From: Cyanidioschyzon merolae | Taxonomy: Eukaryota | DNA length: 64,000 nucleotides | Assembly (NCBI GenBank): GCA_000091205.1 | Contig: AP006489.2 | Reading direction: 5' to 3' (one strand) | Made by a program: the position numbers and the translations under genes | The notes under the pieces: generated by a model | Database searches by the model: none | Told to the model about the DNA's origin: nothing | Seen by the model: only the letters and a program-made list of their open reading frames with translations | In this document: piece after piece, positions 30,690 through 39,829 of the stretch | Layout: each line of letters begins with the position of its first letter | Numbering within the stretch: position 1 is the stretch's first letter

Positions 30690-33600
30690 TGTACAACAAC
30701 CTCGCAGGCACAAGAGTTACCAGCGAAAACAATGTAAACGCGTCACACTTGACGAGGCCCCAAGTAGCACGGCCTCCTCCGCAGACTCCGGAAGGCTAAA
30801 GCGCCTGCGCACAGCGCTGAAACACGAGCCGCGCACGCATCGCAGCGGCACGCATTGCACGCCTGCTGTCCTCGGCACGCATCGCAGCGGCCTGCGTGTA
30901 TCCTGGATTCTACGACATGCGTCTGCGCGATGCGTCATAGCACCCCAGAATAGGCTGAGACTGGCACGAATGGCGACGGATAGCGCATCCTATCGTGGTA
31001 AAGGCACGGCAACGAGAGGTACAGAGACTTGAAAGGCGAATGATCTGGGCGTTGGGCAGTATATTTTTTGCGCGTGCATGCTTGTGTGCGGCTTGACATG
31101 TACGCGTTGCGGGGGTCTTGGGCGCGCTCCGGCCTGCACTGGCTATCAGGTCCGAGCGCGGCAAATGGGAAACTGCCGGGGGAATATGCGTGGTGGTGCG
31201 GAACGATGGGCACGCTCTCGGGTGCTGATAACCATGGCGTCTGCGGGGATCACTGCTTTATGTCAGCGGTTCTGTGCGCCGAAACACCCGAGTGTTCCCG
31301 GTCTGCAGTGCGCATTCGTTCATGCGATGATACATGAGAATGTCGCATAATGCAGCACGATTGACGTTAATCATTTGAATAGCCAAAGCGTCCCGAGTCT
31401 ATGTATATGACGCTCCAGCGTTCGTGGTGCGTTCAGTCATGCGGTACCGTTCCAGTACCTTGCACCTGGAGCGAATCCAACGCCCTCTCTTCAAGCCGTT
31501 GAAGTGCTCGTTGGAAGTTGTTAGCGTTCTAGCAAAATACCCACACTGATGACGAAATCTGTCGAAATCACACCCTTGAAAACTTGCTCGATACGGATCC
31601 GTTGTGCGCTATGGAATCACGGAACATTTTCGAATGTTCATCGAGATGAAGTTTCGGTGCAGATAGTGCTTTCGTGTATTGTTTCTGGTAGAATTATACC
31701 ATAGCCAGCCGCTCATTTTCGATAGCCTCGCCACCTGACGTTCGGGTATCATACCACGCATTATCTCGTGCAACTGGCTCTGTTTTAGAAGCTTATACTC
31801 TACCAGTTTCAGCGTGCACCCGCGCTCATGGTGCGTGCATGACATGCCGAACAAATCTGTGGGGATCATAGAGCATCGATCATTGCAGTCAATGTATGCT
31901 TTCGCGGAACGAGCAGGCATGCAGGCCTTGCGCGCTACCGCAGGTCCAGCGTCGAGAGCTCCCTTCACCGAACGACGCGACATGTCGGTCGTTTCCTGTT
32001 CCACCTCGTTGAACAAGATGACGAACGCACTGTTCTTGACTTTGTGCAATCGTTACTGTTGGTGGCCAGAGCGTGGTCTCATGTACACGCCCAAGAAATC
32101 GCCCAATCATCCATCAAGACGCTCGTGTATTCTCTGAATCGTAGAATCACATCGATCAGTCGAACGAGTTATGGTACGCGATGGGGAACGTACAACGCCA
32201 ACGGGGTGTGCTTCATAAATTGCTCGATTTTCGGAACGTATTCCTTGTTGAATTGTTTCAGAGGAACGGGATGTACGACGATTTCAGAATGGTACTTCAG
32301 CTCCGACACTTTTTCTATATCTCCTGGTCATTTTGTGGAAGAATCACTGTTATCTTCGTACGGCGCTTGCTTTGACTCGTTCTCTTCCTGGCCGGGTAAC
32401 ATGGGTGCATGCGCTTTACTACATATCCGTATTATTCCGTGGTATTTTTGCACAACGGGTGATCCCTCGCACTGAATCTCGCCTATTGCATAGGTATATC
32501 TACAATGGTTTAAATACGCTCTCGTCATCGTAACCGTCGCGAGTACGTCCACAGATCGGAACGCGGCGTGCCGCTTTCCTCATGCACGAGAAAAGATGTA
32601 GCGGAGTAGTTCAGAATAGGTAAAGATACAGAAAAATTCGTGTAGGGGCTGAAGTATGGAGATTAATACAATTCTCGGTTGATCCGCGAGCGTGAGAATT
32701 GCGTTTGACAACAGGGAGAACGGCTTTCTCTCGATTTATCTGGGGAGAAACAGCTAAGACGAAGAGCAGCTTAACGCCAGTCTCAGCCGCGCACTCCTTG
32801 ATCGCTTTTTAGTGATGAAAAGGGACGTTCTCTAAGAGCAAGAGACAGGAATATGCGATGGGGTAGCCTCGATGCGTGCTTCAACGAAGGATGAGATGCC
32901 GCATGATCCACTTCTTTGGGGAGTTGTAGGCGGGCACACGACAGTATCGACATTATGACTGAAGTTGTCGTCATTCTCGCTTGCTTCTTTTTAACGAGCA
33001 GAATTTTGACCCTTTTTGAGTACCCATGTAGAGTTCAATCAAATATCCCGAAAAAGATCTCATCGAGTGAGAAGAATGCGCGCCGATCCCGCAAGAAGTG
33101 TTGGCGTTGCAGCACGAAGACGTTCGTGTGTTCTTCCACCCGCAACGGTCTCTCACAGCAGCGAACTATCTTTTTTCGTCCGTTCATGTCTCTTCATCAT
33201 TATGCATATCGACGGTATGGAATCTTTAATTATGTATCTTAATTGACAGTATTTTCTAGAGAACGCTTTTCGTGGAATGCTTTGACGAAGTCACCGTCCT
33301 GAAGATAGGAACTAAGAAGTTCTGCCTCGGGTGCACGACGTTCAGATTAAGGATGCTGAGAAGGATTGCTCACCTACCTGCCTAATCAAGAATGACCGAC
33401 ATGGAAAAGCAGCGCCGATTTTCGGAAGCTAGCTGTGACAGCGTGCGTCTTTCGGCGAAACTTTTCCAGTCTATAGGATACGTCACTTTTACTGAATGTT
33501 TGCAAGAAATAGCAAACAAAAACAAATAGGATATGCAGGTATAGGTGCTCCAGAATACACTGCTCGGAATATAACAGTGGCATCCCGAACGGATCCATGC

Positions 33601-34638
33601 ATCGGCGGCTGCATTTCCGGAATAGCACTTGCGAGACACGACGCGGCCGTGTTGATCAATGGTGAACGCTTTCCGTGTGCTTTCGGCCTCTGTGAATGGC
33701 GCACACGCTCTAGTGCGTCCAAGAAATGATGGGTTTTATGCAGGTCAACGCACTCAATGTCCCGCATAGGTGAGAGTCTTTACGGATAAGCGGTTTCCGT
33801 TATCGACCCGGTCAGGCGTGAACAACCCGATACGATTACGCTCCGCACAGTATTTTTACATGCTGCCCGCATGTTTTCTAGATGGCCTGCCCATGCCAGT
33901 AAGCATGCAAAAAAGACTCGTATTCGGATGCGAATGTTTCGAGAAAGATCCACCACAAAAAAGCTTGAAGCGTTTCAGTGGCGCAGTTTGCTACTCATGC
34001 ACACGTGGAAGCTCGTCGAGACGAGTCTACCTAGGCCGCGCATTCTATGCAGAAACTCACCCTCTGATCAAGTTGCTTTCCGCACCATCATCAGATGGCC
34101 CTGTGCATGCAATGAAGGATGACGAAATACACAAAATCGGATGCAGACGGTATGCGCCGGTCGTCGAAAGCCAAACAAGCTCCAAACCGATCAAGTGAAG
34201 GAGTCAAGCTTGATCGCTCCCGCCATGCGCCCCGCCCTGACCTCGCAGTGGACACAAAGCACTCCGAGGAAACAGCATTGTTTCGTGACCGACGTGCAAA
34301 CCAGCCCGCGTTGCTGGCGATCGCGTGCATGTGTAGCATACTGAGTCTTGGGATACGCTTCCGTCCTATGCAGATCCGAATGGAACCGGGAGCAGTATAA
34401 GGACCGTGCCATTCTCGCCATATGCTCCGCCAAGGCCGGTATCCGAACGTCTTTGCCAACCATTCGCGAAACAAGAACCCAGTATTGACTGGAGTCGCAG
34501 ACCAGTCGGGTCCCCTAGGCGAAAACTTTGTATAATATGGACAGGAAAACTGCCGCGCCGCCTTTCGCACCAGCGCTGGTGCCTTGACACTCATGAACGA
34601 CGCCTGATAGCTGTGCAATCCGACAGCTTGTTTGTGAT

Positions 34639-34896
34639 CTACACTTTGGCATCTGCACGCGATGATGAGGTTTGCGATTTTACCTGCTCAAGCTGCGCCC
34701 GCAAGCGCTCCAGTTCCGTCTCCACTCGCAGAGCGCGCTGGTCCACGTTGTGAATCTCCTCCTCCATACCACTAAAAGTCTCGCGGACGAGCGCGTTTGC
34801 CTTCAAAATATCATAGTGCAGGCGCAGAAACCCAAGTCCACCAGTAACCGTTGCACCCAAACAGAAAGCTGCGAGCCTGGAACGAAAGCTTGCCAT
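34639..34896 (-). CDS. small hypothetical protein (N-terminal TM-like segment + coiled coil)
   Basis: The ATG-initiated part of ORF 34639..35151 gives MASFRSRLAAFCLGATVTGGLGFL...ETELERLRAQLEQVKSQ. It sits in a low-GC gene desert and has no recognised domain, so this is a weak call. Confidence 0.25.
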   Translation of the reverse strand: MASFRSRLAAFCLGATVTGGLGFLRLHYDILKANALVRETFSGMEEEIHNVDQRALRVETELERLRAQLEQVKSQTSSSRADAKV

Positions 34897-36618
34897 GGTA
34901 GTGTCAGTAGACAACTGCGTTGCCAGTGCTGCCGCGTTGCTGGCGACACGCCCGCCATTGCGTTGCGCGCTATGCCCACATGGCGTTAAGATCGGTGTGC
35001 TCTCGTCTTTCCACTCAAGTCTGTGACACTCCTGCTGCGCTTTAGAGCAGGGGATCGAAATCATGAAGCAATGTACAGTATAGAGCGTAGACGAATTGCG
35101 TGTAGGGTATATTTTTTTAATGAACAGTTCAAGAAAGACCGCATTCCTCATTCGGTTGAGTCATAACCCAGTACTCAGATGAATGACGAGCACAGAAAGA
35201 GGATATGCGCTCCGCGCCAAAAATCGATACGCTCAAAGACTGGGTGCGGTCAATGGCAGAAAACGAGTCGTCGATCACCTTGCAGAATGCAAACGTGTCG
35301 ATAGTAGCCGCGACGGTAGTCTCTGTTTCTCAAGTGCGTGTTCGTGTGCTCTGAAAGACTGGGATACAGTCTCAAAAAAGGAGTCCTAGTTCACGCACGA
35401 ACAGCTTTGACCGAAATCGCAACTACAACAAAGTTCCTCGAGAGTTGCCATCGATATGAAGCACAGCAACGTCGATTTCTTTTTCCAGACGATGAGAGTT
35501 TCTTCAGATGAAACGGTTGGAATGTATTTGGGTATTCGCGGAGAAGGAGCCATTTTAATATACGATGGAGCTCGAAGAGAAGGCTAGTACAACGGCACCA
35601 ACCACTTTGTCGGATCATAGCAGACTTTTCCCTTGACGTCTAATAATACCCTTCTATGGGACAACGTGGTATTTCACCATTCCTCTTCCGTTTGAGCATT
35701 TGCAGATTATATCGGGCAAGAGCTGCTTTTCATTCTTCCGTAAACTCCGCGGTTCAACCCCAACGAATGAAAGTTTCATATCGTGAAACGAAAGGATCGC
35801 TCCGCTGGGCGCATTGCTGGAGCGCTCAGCAAACTATGCCACACACAGAGACATATTTTTGTCTTTCTTCCACAAGTCTTTCACCATCCAAGCAGGTCCT
35901 CACCTTAAGACATAAACAAGTGCATTCATTCTCGAGAAATAAAAAAACCAAGGCATGAGCTCGTGTGCAGTCTTCAGAAGATCGAGACGAAGAGCAGGCA
36001 ACGGAGTTCTTCGATGATAGACAAGCACGGAGAGGCGACAGAGCACCAAATGGCATAGAGGGCGCGACTTCAAGGAATACTCGCTTTGGTGAGTCTAAGC
36101 AGTGGCAATAACCCCTTGAGTTCGAGAACCGAGAATTTAATGCAGCTATTTATATCAGGAAATGTGCGGTGCCTAGGACGAGACCCGCGGAGCTGATACG
36201 AGACAAGTTTGTGGAGCAGTCTCTCGAGGTCGAATCGTAAAAGGAGAAACTGAAGCCGATCGCAGGATCGGTCGAAAAAGGCTGGGAGTCGTCTGTACTT
36301 AGGTATTAACTTACCCTACGTAGTTGCGCGACCTGTTTGTTTCACTGGCATGTATGCTCTAGCGATAGCCCGTACGTTCCGCAGCAATATTACTGGGAGT
36401 GAAAAAACAGCAGGCAGTCATCGAACGTTCGGGAGCGTATGAATGGCAGGGTACGGTTAAGCTCAAGGTTCGGCGCTTGCACAACTCCATAACGGCGAGG
36501 GTCGTGCCAGTGATCCGACAGGGTACACCAGCTGGCAGTATGTGATTTTGTCATGCGCCCCGATCCTGCCAGGCGAAATGCAAGGGTCAGCCGTCAAGGT
36601 ACATTTAGACGCAGCATG

Positions 36619-39600
36619 CGCGATGCCTCTACCAAGATCACCGGATCCGTCGAACGAAGCAGACACCATAAGTTAGACAACGACGGCAGCATGGCAATAT
36701 ACTGAACTGTCATCAGTGCCCGCCGATGACGCCGGATAAAAGCAGAATTCAAATCTGTTCCTCATTCCAGCGTCCGTGCGGCATGCATAACAAGAATCGG
36801 GAATAAACGTATATTATTCGTACTCGGGTACACGACTACACCTACTTTGTGTACGATAAATACAACTATCGAAACTCCTAATGACTAGGTTGATGCATGC
36901 CTTACCCACAAAAGCGCAAGATGCTACGATGGCTACGCGTGTGCTGGAGTCATCGCTGAGTTTTGTGCCAGGCCCCAGCATCCCCTTGTATGCTAGGGTA
37001 GTACGGCGATGGGCAGTAGTTTCGGCACCAGCGACAGAGCCGAGCGCAGGAGATCACTCTACGTGAGTTTCCGATCTAGGACACCTGATTTCCGATGCAG
37101 TGCGTCGGTGAGAACACGCATGTGCTAATGCGACGTCGGACACGTGTCCTTCATCGATCCGTGTAGCGTCTCGCGCGGTGCACGCATCGCGGTCAGTGAG
37201 TGCACCTGGCAGAGCTGGCAGTAGTCAACTGGCACGACGCGCACGCCGCCGCCGTTGAAGGGAAACGCGATCTTGATCAGTTGCGTGTCGTTCAGCTGTA
37301 AAAGTCAGATTTTCGTGAGCTTCATATCCAAGTATAGTTTTGATTTCAATTGTGTTTCAAACCTCAAACAAGTGTATTCAAGCGTTTTTTCGCAGTATAT
37401 AACAGAAGCGTTCAAAGAACGTTCTTTTTCAAAAAAAGTCTAAAAAAGGAAAGTTATGAAAAAGCAAGTCGACGATCCTGGAGGCCCAGGGTCGCCGGCT
37501 GCCAGAGAAAAAAAACAAAAAACAGTGCCGAGTCCGGAAAAAAAGGAAGATAAGAAGGACCGAAGAGGGGAGGCCCTACGTCGAAGGCGGCAAGAAAGAC
37601 ACCTGTACGACGAAATGGTAGTGAAAGCCGGTCTTCTTGGACATATCAAGGATTCGTACAGGGAAAAGTTGCGAGGCGCCATCAAAAAACGTGCCTAGTC
37701 GTACTCCAAGCGTATTGCCAGGGCGTCGTCAGGACTGATGCATTTGGCGAGGGAGATGTATCGCGATGTGACGCACATGGAAACAGTCGAGATTCCAGAG
37801 GGAGTTTTCGGCAACCTTTATTCGACACCTGATGGTTGGCGCAGGGAACACGCGGAGGGAAAATGTGCTAGTGCATGCCCTCCACGAAAAACACCCCTTT
37901 TACAGCTTCGAGGGTACTCGCTACAAGGGTGACCGGGATATGTACACCTACGGGGCGAAGAAGTACCTCACGAACCTGAAGAACCATCTGACAATGGACC
38001 TCGAACGTTTCATGATACGCGCCGTGGTTGCACTCTACCCGCGCATCTCTCGCAATGGAAAATGGACGATTATCAATGGCATCATGAAAGATCGCAAGCG
38101 TGAAGATGAGGTCGAATTTGTCGACAAGAAGGCGTCAAAAGTGAGCACGAATGAAGCTTCTGCGATCCGTACGGTTATACAAGAGCATCGTGCGGTACTG
38201 GGGCTACCGAATCCAACAGACAAGGTATCAGAGTTGAGCAAAGATCAGGAAAGATACGATCGCCTCATTCTGTGCTATTTCGTGTTTCTGGACCGAGAGC
38301 TCGAAGGCAAGGCAGCGGTGATGCTGCGTGAAGAGACAAATGAAGAGTGGGAGAGACGGAAGGATTTCCTAATGGGGAAGCGCTTCAACGTAGTCCCATT
38401 GTCCAATATCAAGTCACATTTTGGGACTATCGACTCCGGAATCCTTCATGGCATCATGAAGGAGATCTGTTCGGAGTTCAACGTTAGCAGGGAGGACTTC
38501 GCCGGCGAGAACCGGGAGACGTACTGGAAGAATATCTTCAATTTTAAACGTCTGAGAGTGAGCAAGCAAAACTTGTTCACTTTGATGATTGAAACCGATG
38601 GAGTAGCCTTGTGTATACACTATCGGCGGTTGAAGAGAGCCCGGCCAGTCCCTCCCTCGGCTGCGCCCGTCACGAAGGATGAAGACAAGGAGAAGGCGGG
38701 TCCTGCGACGCAGGAGGTAGAGGATAACGACCTTGTCGTTGGCGCAGCGAAGCATGAGGAAAACAAAGAGGAGGATCCTGCGACGCAAGAGGTAGAGAAT
38801 AACGACTTTGTCGTTGGCGCGGACCCCGGAAACACAAATATCATAACCATCGCAGTACCCCAGCGTGCGGAATACGGTACGCACAGTAAATTACGTCAGA
38901 ACGACATGCGTCGTTTGAGGTTCTCGAGAGCGAGATACTACCGAGAATCCGGTATAATGAATGCAAGGAAGAAAATCGAGATAGAGAATGCTGGATTGAA
39001 GAAGCACCTGGAAGCTATGAGCAAGGTGACGAGCCGCGCAGCGGACTTTGAAGCTTTTCTGAAATGCATGGATGTTCATGTTGCTCCTTGGGAGGCGCTG
39101 TGGGAAGAGTATACAAAGCCCCGGTGGGCTCGTTTGCGTATGAATCCGTATTGTGGTAAGCAGCGGGCGTTCGCGAATTTTTTCAATGAGTTGAGTGCCT
39201 TGAAGGAGCATGAAAGTCAGAGGCTCGTAGTAGCATACGGAGCGGGGCGCTGGAAGACCCACAAAGGGACTCCGCCAGCTCCAACGACAAGAACGTACAA
39301 GGAGAATGCACGGCGTTTTGTTACGATACGGATAGATGAGTTCCGAACGTCCGATACACACCGTGAGCTGGAGTGTACACTTCAAAGGGTCGAGATGGAA
39401 AAGCGCCAGGGGAGTCCTGAAGACATAGCAAAGTACGGACCGCTGCCGGAGGTGCAAATGGAGAGGAGAACAAAAGTGCGAGGGCTACTCGCATTCGTAA
39501 GTACAACCAACGACGGCAAGAAACGTATGCGGTTTGTGAACCAAGACTTTAACGCCGCCGTCAATATACGGAGATGCGCGGCGATTGAGAAAAGACCTCC

Positions 39601-39787
39601 ACAGCAGACAAGAGAGAACTTTGTTGGACAACCTCTCAAAGTCCAACTATATGAGAAAAAGTTGAAACCAGTGGTGGGTGGCCTGCCCAGCAAGGCTGGG
39701 ATGCGTCTGCCCGTCAGCTGGAGACTGCTTGTCCGGGGCGCGTTCGCCGCCACTACTGTGCACCACTGGCGGCAGCGTTTTTCTTTA
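36619..39787 (+). mobile_element. TnpB/Fanzor-like nuclease element, copy B (intact ORF)
   Basis: Reverse-complement twin of 23150-26301. 5' boundary ~36619, with diverged homology back to ~36470. 3' boundary 39787, immediately after ..caccactggcggcagcgtttttcttt. A GC-rich imperfect hairpin (gccgcca N14 tggcggc, 39746-39773) lies 15-40 nt inside the 3' end. The two copies share no terminal inverted repeat. Confidence 0.7.
37832..39787 (+). CDS. TnpB/Fanzor-like RNA-guided-nuclease-family protein (RuvC-I/II/III, degenerate zinc finger), ~651 aa to the element end. There is no stop codon; the ORF continues in frame into the aminopeptidase gene downstream.
   Basis: RuvC-I: ..[20 protein letters not shown] (D331). 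TS/zinc-finger region: [23 protein letters not shown]. RuvC-III: [19 protein letters not shown] (D572), the classic DxNAAxNI motif. The order and spacing match TnpB/Cas12/Fanzor. The ATG at 37832 is preceded by an in-frame TGA. The ORF track lists the read-through as 37832..41404. Confidence 0.65.
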
Positions 39788-39829
39788 GACAGGCTTTTGT
39801 TTTCGCTGCCGTCGTCCTCCAGAAGCAAA

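Noticed and set aside
36960-37040. A stretch in the element leader (gggtagtacggcgatgggcagtagtttcggcacc, also mirrored at ~25900-25960) that loosely resembles the GGTTAGTAC..GGATGGGAGACC block of 5S rRNA
   Set aside because: Only about 60% similarity over ~35 nt. It lacks the flanking 5S helices and the invariant GGGAGACC, and it lies inside a mobile-element leader. It is most likely chance.
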